Program-made: the position numbers and the translations under genes
Notes under the pieces: generated by a model
Told to the model about the DNA's origin: nothing
Database searches by the model: none
What the model saw: only the letters and a program-made list of their open reading frames with translations
Shown: in pieces, positions 24,353 to 37,500 of the stretch
Position numbering within the stretch: the first letter of the stretch is position 1
How the letters are laid out: each line of letters begins with the position of its first letter
Origin: Felis catus
Taxonomy: Eukaryota
Assembly (NCBI RefSeq): GCF_018350175.1
Contig: NC_058368.1
Span: forward strand, 238,640,001-238,704,000
DNA length: 64,000 nt
Reading direction: 5' to 3'

Positions 24353-26597
24353 GTGCTCGTCCTGTCAGGGGTGCCAGAGGGGTGGGCTGGGTTCGCCTGG
24401 GAGCCGTTTCTGGAGAGGGTGGGGCGCAGGAGGAGGTGCACAAGCTCGGCGTGCCCCGCTCAGGTGGCATCGTTGTGGCTGGTGCCCTGTATGCCGGCTG
24501 CTCCTGGCGTGGGGCTCAGCCCCGCCATCGGCATCTACAGGGGCGAGTAGGAGTAGCCCCCAGCCCCGCCCAGGCTGAGCGCGCGGACCACCTGCTCGAG
24601 GGCTTCGCGGGGCCTTGTCCAGCCGCCGTCCCTGGAGGGAGAGGCTGGACCCCAGCAGGGAGGGGACAGCTGTGTCCCACAGCGAGTGGATGACGGACGG
24701 AGCACGGCCGAGGGGTGCTGGAGGGGCCTGCGAAGCTGGGACCTGACCCGACACCTGGGAAGCGCCGGGTCAGCTGCTGTGTCTGCAGCCACCGGTGTGG
24801 TGCCGCCGGCCGGCCGCCGTCCCCGCGGGGAGAGCCGCATCCGCCGCCTGCTCACACGGACCCCACGGGACGGCCCACGTGGGCTTCCTCGCGGAAGCCA
24901 CGAGAACAGCCCCCGCCGACGTGCTCCCGAGCGCGAGCCCGCGGAGCTGAGCCTGTTTGCGAATCAGCTTTTGCCGAAGTGGAAGCGGAAGCGAGCGGCC
25001 TCCTCCGGCCCGCGCTCACTCCGGGCCACCGCCGTCTTATCCCGGGGTCACTGGGGCTTGGCTCCTATTCGGAAACATGCTTTCCTCGAAGTGCAGTCGT
25101 GACGGTAAGACCCAGCAGGGGTGAGGCTCCTGGTTGGGACGTCGGGGTTCGGAGCGTGCGGCAGTAAGACGGGACGCAGCCCCGAGGGCCGTGCCGCGGA
25201 CTGCCCGCGTTTCCGTGCCTTCGTGCGCACGACACCGTCCAGAGCGTGTGTGCGGGCTCCCGCAGGAGGGCACAGGCGCTCCGTGCCTCTTTCGCTGCGT
25301 CTGGGGACGGGGGCAGCTGTGGGGTCAGTGCGCCGGCGCACATGTGAGCCGCCGCGTGCCTTTCCCTTCTTGCCGGGCTGACGGGGCGGGGGAGCCCGGA
25401 CTCGGGGCCGAGAGCTCAGGGCGGGGCCCTGGAACCAGGCAGCCCCGCGCGCCCCCTGCGCCAGGGACTTGGTCCCCGCCGCCCACGGCCCACGGGCGTC
25501 TGGGGAGGCGTCGCACACCTGCGAGGAGCTCCCGGTGCACTTTGCAGACCGTGGCACCCCTGTGGCAGGACAGCGTGGCCGGGGACGGGCAGCAGGCGGG
25601 CTGAGGAGCCCGGACAGGGCCCGTGACAAGAGCGCGGTGACAAGGGGCGGGGGCTGGGGCCGGCGTCCCCCTGGGGTCAGCGGGTCCGGCCACAGGGTCA
25701 GGTGCGGGCCGTCCTCACGGGGAGAAGGAAGCTGGGGCTTCTCCCCGGGAGTGGTGCTCCACCCCAGGTTTTCTCTCCGCAACATGGTGACTGTCACCCA
25801 GCCTGCATGAAGGACGTGTGATTTAGCGGCAGTGGGAGACGGCCCGGCAGAATCCATTTTGTGGTCTCGCCTGCTGAGGGCCAGGCCCCCAGCCAGGTGC
25901 TGGGGGGCAGGCCTGGGGCGGATCTCGGCGCGGGGTGCCGCGTCCCCTCAGCCTTGTGAGTTCAGATGACATGTTGCAGCAAGGAGCAAGCAGGAAGGGC
26001 CTTGAGTGCAAAGGTCACTTTCGCTCTCGCTCTGCTCTCCAGTGCCCACCCCCGGCGCTGGCTGGGCCGGAAAACACGCAGACAAGGCTGTGCAGGTTTC
26101 TTTCGCCGTCTGGGCCCCGATGGCCTCTCTGCCTCGGGTCGCTGGCCTTCTCGTGCTGGGAGGGGGTTCTGTCCTGAGGACGGGTCCTTGGACGCTGAGT
26201 CACGGGCTGTGCGGCTGACGCTGCACCCCCTCCGTCCTGTGCGGTGCCCAGGCCTACCCTGGAAGCACGTGGCTGGGGCACCCTCGCCTTTCTGGCAGGA
26301 GATCGTGTGGGCTGTAAGAAATGATGAAAACATGCACGTGACTACCTTGCTCCTGCCTAATTCCCTCTCTGGGGGCAGAGTCCCCAGGGAGCACTGGAAA
26401 ATCGCACACGCCCTGGGAGAGGCAGGCTGGCAGGGACCCTGAAGCCACCGCAGCGCAGAGGGGTCGCGGCCGGCTTTGTCCGCCCGCACCCCCACCTCAT
26501 GCCGCGAGCGTGGGATGGCCAGGCCCAGCGGCCGGCAGGGCAGTGTGCCCGTGACGCTTCAGTGTCAGGTAAACACGAGCAACGCGAGGAAGACTCC

Positions 26598-26670
26598 TCA
26601 CCAAAATAAAAGTCAGCATGTATCTGAAACTCCAATTTGACCGGGCACCCTGTGTGTCTCTCACGACCCC
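26598..26670. mobile_element. MER53-like DNA transposon half
   Basis: tatctgaaactccaatttgaccgggcaccctgt resembles the MER53 arm TATCTGAAATTCAAATTTAACTGGGCGTCCTGT. Confidence 0.6.
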
Positions 26671-28600
26671 CATCTGGGGTCCTTTGACCACGGGGTCCTG
26701 GAGGGAAGGAGGCCGGGACCACACTTAGCGGAAGCACCCTGAACGAGCTGAGGTGTGGGGGGGATGTTGGAACAGCCTCAGCCCAGCGAGTGGGGGTGTG
26801 GGGGGCGGGGTGCTCACCGCAGAGCAAAGACCATCTACGCAGGTGGTTGGGGGACTTCCGGTGTCCCTCTTGGGGGTCAGGTCCTGGGGGTGACACTGCC
26901 TATCTCCCTGTGCCGCCAGGCACATCCTCGACAAGGGGCTGGTTGAGGCACCAGGGCGGACCTCCCACCGCTCACCAGGAGCGGGCTTTCGAGGCCTGGG
27001 GAGGGACGGGTCACGTAGGGCGCCCAACACAGAGCGGGAGGGGAGATCCTGTGCCTGGCCGCCTCTGCTGCCCTCACAGCCTGTGGTGACCGCCCACAAG
27101 GGGGCCGTGCAGGGCTGTGTGTATCTGTTGACTCTCCAGAACCTTCTGCGTGTGGTGCCGGCACCTGGCTCTCTGGTGCGGGCTCCCACACAAGCTGGAA
27201 GCTTCTGGACAGACAGGGTCCGCCGGGCTGGAGGGCAGCGTCCAGGCCCCTCAGGCGAGTAATAGGGTGGCCAGCAGGGGGCGGACAAGGACCTTGGGAG
27301 CCTCAGGCCGTGGTAACCTGGGGTCACAGTCACACCCGCTCCCACCTCGAGCTCTGCTGGAGGCCTGTTTTTTGGTGAGGCCGCCTTGTCCTTGGCTTAC
27401 CTCTGAGACCTCGTCCACACGCCAGACCCTGCTTGTTCCCTTGCTGCTGTTGAATCCTGCCGGGCGGTCAGGGGCTGGAGGAGGAGTTCCGGAAAGTTCC
27501 AGCCCAGCCTCAGGAACCCTGACTTCCACCTGGTCCCATCCTCCTGCCCTCCCCCAGCTCCCACTGGGGAGTCAGGGGCGTCTCCCCCACCCCAGTGTCC
27601 TAGGCCCCTGCAGCCCCCAGGAGGGGCTCCCCGTCAGTCCAAGCTGTCCCTGAGGCTGCAGCGGCCCTTCGGAGAGGCGTGCCCTGCCCAGGACGCTCCC
27701 GAGGGACCTGCCCCGGGGACCCCGCCTCAGGCCGGAACAAGGGCTGGGGCCTCTGAAGATTCTGAAGGGTTCAGGAGCTGCCCAAAGTGGCTGCCTCAGT
27801 GGGGTCCAGGGGGACAGTCACCGCCGCAGCTAAGACTCGAGTTAACCAAGTATGTGCGGTTTTAGGTGATTTTCCATGTACTTTCTCAACCACATCCAGA
27901 AATAAAGTCTTGGAGGTGATATCAAGGACTTGGTGGGTTTGCTCACTCCCCTCTTTAGGGGGGAGTGGGGGTGTGTGCAGGGCAGTCCCCTCCCTGGACA
28001 CCTGACCCCAGCCCTGAGGGCTTGGCGCCCAGGACCTGGGGGACCGGAGGACAGCAGGGCAGCAGGGGACTTCCCACCTGCGACAAGTGCGTCTTCCCCT
28101 TTCGAATCCCCAGGTCTGGGCATGGCCGTCTGGCAGCTCCTGGAAGCTGGGCTCCAGGGGGCCTCTGGGCACCACCCTAGCCAGAACCTTCTGCTGTCTC
28201 CTTTGGTCACGCCTGTCACACCCGCCAGGGCCCAGGCTGCTGCTTCCCCCAGGACTCCCAGGTGCTCTCAGGGTTCTTCCTGTGGGGCTTGGAGGCCCTG
28301 GCCAGGCCCCTGGTTGAGGCCAGTGGGACCCGGGGGGCCCTGCGGCCGGTGTGTCCTGCTCTGGTGGGGGCCTGTGCTCCCCAGGAGGGGCTGGAGGGCA
28401 GAGGGGGAAGCCCTGAGAGTTTCTGGGGTCTCGGGCTGGCCCTGCATGGTCCCCTGGTGACTCTCTTGGTGGCCTGGGGCAGGGTGTCACCAATGTGCCC
28501 TGGCTTTCACTGTGCTGGAGGCACTGCTCAGCCCGACAGCCCTCTCCACTCTCAGACTTGCTTAGCTGAAACTACACAGACTTGTAGAATTTAGCTTTTA

Positions 28601-28829
28601 TTTTTTTTTTATTTTTTATTTTTTCAACGTTTTTTATTTATTTTTGGGACAGAGAGAGACAGAGCATGAATGGGGGAGGGGCAGAGAGAGAGGGAGACAC
28701 AGAATCGGAAACAGGCTCCAGGCACCGAGCCATCAGCCCAGAGCCCGACGCGGGGCTCGAACTCACAGACCGCGAGATCGTGACCTGGCTGAAGTCGGCG
28801 CTTAACCGACTGCGCCACCCAGGCGCCCC
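28601..28829 (-). mobile_element. Young feline SINEC_Fc with perfect 18-bp TSD
   Basis: Poly-T, gggacagagagagacagagcatgaatggggg, acagaatcggaaacaggctcc, ends aggcgcccc; TSD TGTAGAATTTAGCTTTTA at 28583-28600 and 28830-28847; CpGs retained. Confidence 0.97.
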
Positions 28830-28861
28830 TGTAGAATTTAGCTTTTAATTGTGGCAAAATA

Positions 28862-29070
28862 GGGGCACTCGGGTGGCTCTGTCGGTCAAGCGTCGGGCTC
28901 TTATTTCAGCCCCGGGCATGATCTCACAGTGCGTGGGATCAAGCCCCGCATCGGGCTCTGTGCGGACGATGTGGAGCCTGCTTGGGATCCCTTCTCTCCT
29001 TCTCTCTCTGCCCCACCCCTGCTCATTCTCTCTCTCTTTCTCAAAATAAATAAAAATAAACTTAAAAGAA
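28862..29070 (+). mobile_element. Can-SINE, head-to-head with the previous SINE
   Basis: ggggcactcgggtggctctgtcggtcaagcgt head, CT tract, aaaataaataaa tail; imperfect TSD taattgtggc(a/g)aaa at about 28846 and 29072. Confidence 0.93.
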
Positions 29071-29905
29071 ATAATTGTGGCGAAACGTACAAAACACAAA
29101 AATTTCCAAGCATCTACACTGAGTGCAGCCGACCCACCGGCCATCAGGTCACCCTCCCAAACCGGAGCTCTGTCCCCAGGAAACACGCCCTCCCTGCCCT
29201 GTCTGACCTCCAGGCCTCGGGGGCCCTGGGGGGAGCCGAGTGGGTGCTCTTGGACGCCTTCCTTGTCTTTACCGTGGTTTTACCGGTGAGCTGGAGACTT
29301 GGCCTGGCCTGTCTCCTGTCTTCTTGCGAGCTGCCCGCTGCCCCACGCCCTCCTGTGCCTGCCCTTGGCCGTCCAGAAACGCCCCGGACACATTCGGCAG
29401 CCACTGGCTGGCTCACACTTGGCGTCTGCATCTCGGTGGCCCCCTCCCCGCCTTGCCGTCCCTCTGGCTCCCCTCCTGCACGCAGAGGCTGGGGCTGCTC
29501 CCAGGACGCGGGGGTCCGGCTCCCCTGCCCCTCAGATAGTACCCACCCCGCCCGTCGGCTGGTGTGGCACACGGCCACGGAGTCCCGCCGTGCTGTGTTT
29601 GCTCGGACAGAGGTGTTTGAGTTCCAAACACCTGCAGCCCCACCTGGTGCCGCCTGGGCGGGTCCAAGCGGGCGCAGGGGCTCTGCCTCTCGGAGCCACG
29701 AGGCACGGCTTTCCCTGAAGCAGTGAGGGGCCCATGTGGCTACCACACCCACCCTGTGCCCCGTGCCCTGTGCCCCAGGGATAGACGCAGGGGCGGCACC
29801 ATGGCCTGGTGGTGGCTGTGGGAGGCTCCTTGGGAAGGTGCCCTGACATCGAGAAGACATGGCTGTACCTCAGGAAGGGCAGAGCCCTGGGTGGACACAC
29901 ACGTG

Positions 29906-29945
<40 letters not shown>
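29906..29945. repeat. (CA)n microsatellite
   Basis: Uninterrupted CA run. Confidence 0.95.
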
Positions 29946-29946
<1 letters not shown>

Positions 29947-30910
29947 CCATGCACTTCACGGGGACTGATGGGAACCAGGGAGACTGCCTCCTGCCTCCCC
30001 CCTCCTGCCTCCCTCCTCCCACCTCCCACCACTGGTGGGACCAATCTTGGGTAGCCAAGCTCATTGGTTAGCAAATACTCATTGAGCACCGTTGGGTGCT
30101 GTGTTGGGTGATGGAGGACAAGACACATTTCCTGCATCTGAGAAGGGTAATTCTAGAACCTTCCATCAAGGGGTGAGGAGGAAAGAAACCAGTGTCCAGA
30201 AGATGTGCCTCAGGACATCAGGAGACTTGATGGCCCGGGACCAGCCCAAGGTCCCGGCTTCCCAGACTAGCTGACTGGCTGGTGGGTCTGGTGCTTGTTT
30301 ACGTTAACTTTGTTTCTCAGCGAGAGATGGTGTTGGGTCTCCAGGCACCTGCCCGGTTCTGCGTGAGAGCTGTGTTGTCATTCGGGTCCTGTTTCTTGTG
30401 CTGCGGACAATAAAGACTTTATCTAGGCAACTGGGGCTAAGTGACCTTGATTCACTGGACTCTGGATTGACGCCCACTTCCTGCCCAGGCGGGACTGGTT
30501 GGCACGGGGCGGTGTCCCAGGCACGCCCCCTCTGCCCTCCACCGCCGCCCCTAGTCCTGGTGGACACACGCGTGCTTAAGTCAACTTGCACCGACTTGTG
30601 ATGCGAGGAGTCAGAAATGTACAGTTCCTCCTTGTGCTTCTTCCTGAGCGGCCGGGAGGTGATGAAACCTCCCCCGGGATGAAAACAGGACGCCGTATCC
30701 CTGCAGTTAGGGGCACGTTAATGCGTTTGCCGGCCGTGGCACGTCTCTTTGTGGCTCCCCCTTGCAGTTCCTCGATGACCAACGTTGATTCGATAAAACA
30801 AGCTAGGCAATATTGCTTTTTTTAAACTATCTGTGAAAGTTGAATATAGTTGGTGTTATTTCTTCTTTAAGTGTTTAGAAAACAACCCCTAGGCGGCCAT
30901 CTGGGCCGTG

Positions 30911-30912
<2 letters not shown>

Positions 30913-30957
<45 letters not shown>
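30913..30957. repeat. (GT)n microsatellite
   Basis: Uninterrupted GT run. Confidence 0.95.
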
Positions 30958-30959
<2 letters not shown>

Positions 30960-31114
30960 GGTTTTAATTTTCTCACGAGATACCGTGCTCTTCAGAGCTG
31001 CTCTTTCTTCTTGCGATACTTTGGGTAGGTTGTGTTTCCCAAGGAATTTGTCTACATCTACACTTTAAAAATGATTATCACCAAGTATTCGTCACATCTC
31101 CTGTCAGTATCAAT

Positions 31115-31410
31115 GTCACAAACCAGGGATGTGAAACAACAGAAGTGCTACCCTCCGCCATCCAGCCGCTACGGGCCCTGGGTCAAGGGGTAGGCGCTGC
31201 CCCCAGAGGCTCCGGGTGGCCCTGGGCTGCACGGCTCACCCTGTCTGTGTCAGGCCGAGACTGCCTCCTCCTGCTTTTCAAACCTGTCTCCTCAACACCA
31301 CCAGTCATCCTGGATCAGCGCCCACCGGCCCCAGGGTGACCTTGCTTGAACTTGATGACTTCTGCAAAGACCCTGTGTCTAAATGAAGCCACATTCACAG
31401 TTTTGAAGTG
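31115..31410 (-). mobile_element. MLT1-type MaLR LTR fragment
   Basis: acaaaccagggatgtgaaacaacagaagt...aacttgatgacttctgcaaagaccctgtgtctaaatgaagccacattcacag. Confidence 0.65.
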
Positions 31411-31687
31411 GATTGAAATTGCTTGTGATTCTGCCGGACGTTCACGCGTCTTTGGGGAGAATACACTGTGTGGCTGTTGGGTGTGTGTTCTAGCATCCGC
31501 CGGTGAGGCCAATCTCGTTACACATGGGTGCAAAGTTCATTTGTCTGCACTGAGTTTTTGTCTTTGTCCACTCGTTCCATCAGTTACTGAGAGGTATGTG
31601 CGAAAACCCATTAGCGTGGACGTTCGTCCATGTTTGCTTTCAGGGACAAGGGTGCCGGGGCACATGTCCTCAGAAGGGCTTGTGGCA

Positions 31688-31900
31688 AGGCGTCTGGGTG
31701 GCTCAGTGGGTCGAGCGTCCGGCTGCGGCTCGGGTCATGACCTCTCAGTTCATGCGCTTGAGCCTCGCATCAGGCTCTGCAGAGCCCGGAGCCTGCTTCG
31801 GATTCTGTGTCTCCCTCTCTCTCTGCCCCTGCCCCGCTCACACTCTGTGACTCTCTCTCTCAAAAATAAGTAACAAAAACTTCTAAAAATTTTTTAAAAA
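31688..31900 (+). mobile_element. Can-SINE
   Basis: ggcgtctgggtggctcagtgggtcgagcgtccg head, gattctgtgtctccctctctctctgcccct, caaaaataag tail. Confidence 0.92.
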
Positions 31901-33744
31901 GAAGGGCTCATCAGTGGTGCGTTCACCCGGTGAGTCAGTGCGGGATCCTCTCTTCTTGCCTTCTCTGGTATTAAACGTGTATTTTCGTTATTCCATTTCC
32001 TCCAGCGGCTTCCTGCGACTCTCGTGGCTGTGCCTGGCTTGTTGGGGTGGGTGTTCACACGGTCACCTCTCACCTGTGGAGCCCGTGCTCCTGAGCAGTT
32101 GAATTCAGTAGACGGACTTCGCGTCTCCTGAGTCTGCCACCACGCCGTGTCGCCGTCACTGTGTGCGTCCTGACCCACCTCCCACCTCCTCCCCGGTTAC
32201 TGCAAATCTCCGTGCTGCTGTCCGGAACCGCCTGCCTTCAGCTTGGGAGGAATTTTCTCGGGTGTTGTTTCCTGGGAATGTCATTGTCTTCCCTCGTTTT
32301 GCAGGACTGTATTTGCTGGCGTGGACGGCGAGGTGGCCGGCTGTGGCCTCCGTCCCGTGGTCTGTGGCCCCCACGGAAGCCGACGTGGCAGACGCTCTCT
32401 GGTTCTGCTTCTGTAGTGTGTGTGTCCTCCCTCCCGAGAGCAGGAAGTGGCAGCCACGTGGTCTTAGTCAACCTGCTTTCCATTATTTTCTCTGCGCTCA
32501 TCACACTTTGACATGTTTTCGGGCTGTGACGCTTGTCTCTGAGAGGACCTTGCTGGTCACCTTCGAGGTTTTGAGCTATAAGGCCCGAGCGACCTTGTTG
32601 TGCTCGTCGTGATCAAAGCTTTTTTTTTTTCTTAAATGTATTTTTGACTCATTGCCCCGAGAAAATAGAAATTAATGACTTGTGGCATTTACACAAAAAG
32701 TATTTCTCTGTGGATGGTGACGAGGCTTCTAGCACTTTCTCTGTCAGCTCTCGTGTGATTCAAGCCAAAAATTTAATGTTTGAACGAGGCACTTAAACCC
32801 AGAGATAGTTATCTCACTCAGAAACTGTGGCTCAAGCACACTGCCCCTTTTCTCCCCCTAACGGAATAGAAGAAAGTCCAGAAAAAGGTGAATTTGGGTT
32901 CAGGCTGCCAAGCAAAATTGGCAGTTTCGAGCTTGAGGCGACGGCTCAGCTGGTTGGAAACCGTCCAGCAGGCAGAGCGCGCTGGGTCTCTGTGTGCCCT
33001 CGCCCCCGGCTGCCCCTCGGGGTCCACGGCCCCCAGACACGCACACGGGCCGCACTGGTGAGGAGATCTCAGCCCGTGGCGGGGGGCCGGCGCTCCCCGT
33101 GTCTCCGGCCTGGTGGCCTTGCTGTGCGGCCGCCCCCGGGAGGTGCAGGGGGAGGGCTGGCGGGAGGCCTTATGCATTTCTCGGAGGGTCCTCCTGCCTG
33201 GATCCTCGGGTGTCTGTCTGCCTCCAGGGGCAGGGCGGCTGGAGCTGTTACACCCAGACGCCCAGGACCCGCCCAGAGCCCGTCTCCCCTCCTCGGGGCT
33301 GGCGTCTGGTCTGCGCAGGCCCCCGGCCCTCCCCCAGAGAGAGTCCAAAACCCTGCGCGGCTCCCCACCTTCCCGGGATGGTAGGTGTGACCTTGAGAGA
33401 GGCCGTTGGTCACCTTATCAGTGCTGTGGATAATAATAGGATGGAAATCACCGCCCTGGGCGCCTGACTGTGACCTGCTTATCTCGGCCAGCAGCAGCTT
33501 GTTTAATTTAAATGATTGTGAAGCATTTTTGTCTCGGCAGGGCTGGCTCACGCTGCAAGCTAGAAGGTATGGGGAGCGTCCCCTTCCTGTGGCCCAGGGA
33601 GACGCCTCCCGCCTCCTCCCAGAAGGCTGGCGTGGGCGCCCGATTCCTCACAAAAACAGGAACATAAGCCCGATGCGTTTCTTTCTTACTTAGACACATT
33701 GCCTGGAAATCGCCCCACCTCCATCCAGGGGACGTCACTTAGTG

Positions 33745-34500
33745 AAACACATGATTCGCAGTAGCCAAAAGGCGGAACCAGCCCCCGTGTCCGTCGACAG
33801 ACGGATGGACACAAACGATGTGGTCCATCCGTGTAGTGGCACAGTGGTCAGCCTGGACACACGACGTGGCCCATCCGTACAGCGGAACAGTGGTCAGCCT
33901 TAAGAAAGAAGGATACCCGGCCACCTGCCACGGCATGGATGGACCTTGAGGACCTTGTGCTCCGTGGAATTGGCTGGTCGCACGGGACGTATCGCACGTG
34001 ACTCCCCTGTGTAAATCATACGTAGAGTCAGAAAGGGGGACGTGGCCTCCAGGGACTTGGGGCCTGGGGTCCGGGGTCAGCGTTTCATGGGGACGGAGCT
34101 TCAGTCCTGCAAGATAGAAAGAGTTCTGGGGGCGGATGGTGGTGACGGTTGCACAACAATATGTTAAAAGGTAAACTGAGGCACCTTACAGGTTTTGGCT
34201 TTTTTTTTTTCCCCAGAGTTTATCTGGAGCTTCCCCAGCAGGAGTGCGGGAGGGGTTTGTACAGGACACAAAGCCAGGAGGTGACCTGATGGGTCATAGG
34301 GCACGTGGCCAGCTTATTTGTGAGGCTGCCTGCCTGGCTGTTCTCAGGCCCCGTTCTCTGTTTGCGCATCAGAGCACCCATCCGGCGGCCTCCTTGTTTG
34401 ACTGTGTTAACACTCGTGAGTGTACTTAAAGCCCCTGAACCACAGTTAAATATGGTTAAAATGGCCAATTTATTATTCTGTGTATTTTGCCACAATTAAA
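33745..34500 (+). mobile_element. Old L1M (L1MB-like) 3' end fragments, with an unrelated segment at about 34170-34410
   Basis: gtagccaaaaggcggaaccagccc..gtccgtcgacagacggatggac; catggatggaccttgaggac; ggatggtggtgacggttgcacaacaat; ttaaatatggttaaaatggccaattt...ttttgccacaattaaa. Confidence 0.75.
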
Positions 34501-37500
34501 CAGAATCCATTTTTCAGAAAGGGGAAGAAAAGTCAAAATGCAGACGTTTTTGTCCAGATGCGAGGTTGGGTGAAGGAGGCAGGGAGGCCCGTGTGGTGGC
34601 AGGATTCACGGCAGCCACGTCCACAGGGCCACATGCCCACACACGGTCACAGCGTGGCACTGGGTCGCTGTGACAGCCCCCAAGCTGGGGTCTTCACCCC
34701 CACTGACTACATTGTGTGAGACCCCGATGCTTGGCGGCCTTTCAAGCTGCCTCCCTCCCGAAAACAGTCACCCAGGCCCTAGCATGGCCCTGAGTGGGGG
34801 TCCCGTCCTCAGAGAGGATGCTGGTCTGGTCACGAGGACTCTAGGATGACCCAGTGACCACCCCCACGGGACTTGGGGACAGCGGGGGTCACCACAGGCT
34901 CCCATGAACAATAGCCACAGGCCGTGGTGGCCAGCCTTGGCCGTCCCCACAACGTCTCAGGAGCCTCAGGAGGGGTGAGCTCGCAGAAGCAGGGTGCTGC
35001 CACCGTGGGCTTGGGGGTTCAGCTGCCGTGGGAAAGCAGTCTCCAAGACGGTGGCCCCTGTGCAGGGCCACCTGGGGTGACCTGGGCAGTTTGTCACTTT
35101 GGAGGGGTCACTCTTCCAAAGAAGGGACAGCAAATGAACAAGGGCTGGGGTGGGGGCGGCAGGGGTCTGGTTAGTGTTTGGCCGCTGGCCCGGGCAGGCC
35201 CCTACGGCCTCGTGGTGTCGAGGCCATACTCCGCCTCCCCAGGGACAGGGTCCAGGGAGAGAACCTGGATGACCAGCCAAGACCCTTGAGCAGATGCTGG
35301 CCCTGGAGGAAGGCCAACGTCTTCTTGGACCTGGTGTGTTCTGTCCACCCACCTCCCTGCCTCTGCACCCCTGCACCTGCCCGTAGCCGGGGTCTCCTTC
35401 TCCCAAGTGCCTCCCCGCTTCCCCCCCCCCCTGCCCACCGCACCAGCACTGTGCACAGCCTACCTTCTTCCTTGAGGCCTGGAGACCTTGCCTCCTACAC
35501 CAGATGGAGCCTGGGATGTGGGGACCCACTGGCCCCCACTTTATGTGTCCAGGGACGGCCGCGGTGCCTGGCACGGTGATGCTCGGTGACGGACTGTTGA
35601 ATTCTTAGAGAAACTGGTCAGCAAAGGAGCTCACCTTCCTTGGGGGTCACGTGACCCCTACCGTTGCACAGCTTGTCCGGACACCACCGCCCGGTGTTGG
35701 GGTGGGGGGCGGCGACCACAGGACGCTCGGCAGAGTCCCTTTCCAGGCCGGGTGTGCACACAGCTGCCCTTTCCTGGGAGAGCCCGTGCCAGCTACTGAG
35801 GGTGGCCCATGGCCCTGTGTCCAGGGCTCCGCCTTCAGGGCCTGGGCGAGGTGTGGGTGGGCAGTGGGCTCGGGTCCCCAGAAGGGCAGCTCCAGTCTCC
35901 ACCCCCCGCCCGGGGTCTGTGGACTCTCGGAGCTGCCTGCTGTCCCAGCCCCCCGCTGTGCTGTGTGACATCTGGCATCCACTCGGCCTCTCTGGGGCCC
36001 ACAGAACGGGCATCATTGCTGTTGCTATAGATGGTTGTCTTCTTTCCCTGTGAGTAGTTGGCACAGCACAGATAAAGGCCCTGAGCCGCGCCTGCCAAGG
36101 GAGCTTTGGGACATTTCCTGCCCCAGGGCTTGGACTCATGAGACCCTCGGGGCTGACAGACCACCCACCTGGGACCTCCCGCCGGGACAGGTGCACCAGA
36201 CGGAGTTCTTTGTGATGTGATGGACAGTTCTCGCTGGTGCTCGCCCACAGAAGGACGTGGGAGATGCGGCCCCGGGTGGCCCACTGCCAGGGACACAAGC
36301 GACTCGGGCAAGGGGAGGTGCACCTGGGGCCTCGGGCTTGCTGCCCCCTCTCGTGGAGCTGAGCTCCGTCCCAGGGCATCGGGCTGAGCCCACCTCCACG
36401 TCAGAGGCGGCTCTGAGCTACGCTTTCTCCCCCCAGTAAGGTCACACACGGGACCCACCGCGGAGCCCAGTGGTGTGCCCAGGGCCACCGTCCTGGCACC
36501 TGGCCCTGCCTGCACGAGCTGTCACTGAGCTCTGCGCCAGCACGCATTTGCACAGCTCGGACCCTCCCGTCCGTCTGCCCGTGGTGTTGCTGGGCTTGTG
36601 GCTCATCTCCCGCCTGGCTCGCGAAGACCGCGCCGCTCCGAGCATCTGAGTGTGTGTCTCTGTGGGGAGAGGGACCGGGGGCTCCTGGCCAGTGTGTGTG
36701 TGTGTGGGGGGGGGGAGGGGGGTTCCGAAGTGGCCACACACTTCCCACGCCCCGTGTGCAGCACAGGCGGCCCCCTGATGAGGTGCCGGTCTCTCCTTAC
36801 TGATCCGTGGGGCTGTCCTTACAGACTCCGACACAGGCCTGGGCTGGCTGCGTGGACGACCGTGGTCCTGGCGCCCCGGGGGTCCACCTCTCGCTCTGAA
36901 GGGAGCCCATCGACGAGCAGAAGTGCCTGATGGTAAGGGAGAAGAGTTAGGCAGCTTTTCTTTCCGGAACAGTGCCTTCGAGGCCGCAAGGGAATCCCAT
37001 GGCCACCATTTTAACGTCAATCTGTTTCATGGCCCCTGACCATAGACTGTGCTCCTGCAAGCTTGGGGCCTCCTTGATGGTGTCGCCTCACACCCAGGCC
37101 CAGCCTGGGGTGGGAGCCATAGGGGGTGTCCTGTGAGCCTGCCTGGGGAGCTCAATGGGGGCCTGGGGGTGGAACCTGGCCAGCACCATCAGCAAAAAGG
37201 CCCCAAGGTGACATCAGTAACACACACCACAACCTGGGAGTCCCATGTGATGGCTGTGAGGGGGACCAGTGGCTGGGAACAGCCTGCATGTGGACCTCAG
37301 GGGGACAACAGGGTATCTGGGCCTGAGGGGAGGTCAGGGGCCCCAAGGCCCAAAGCTGGATGCTCCTGTCCCCCCCCTCCACCCCCCCCCCCCGCCCCAT
37401 CCCCTGGAACTCCCCTGGGGAAGTCCAGAGGCACAGGGCACACTCAACAGGCTCCAGAGAGGGATGGAACCTGCTGTGCCCAGACCATAGCCGGGGTCGG

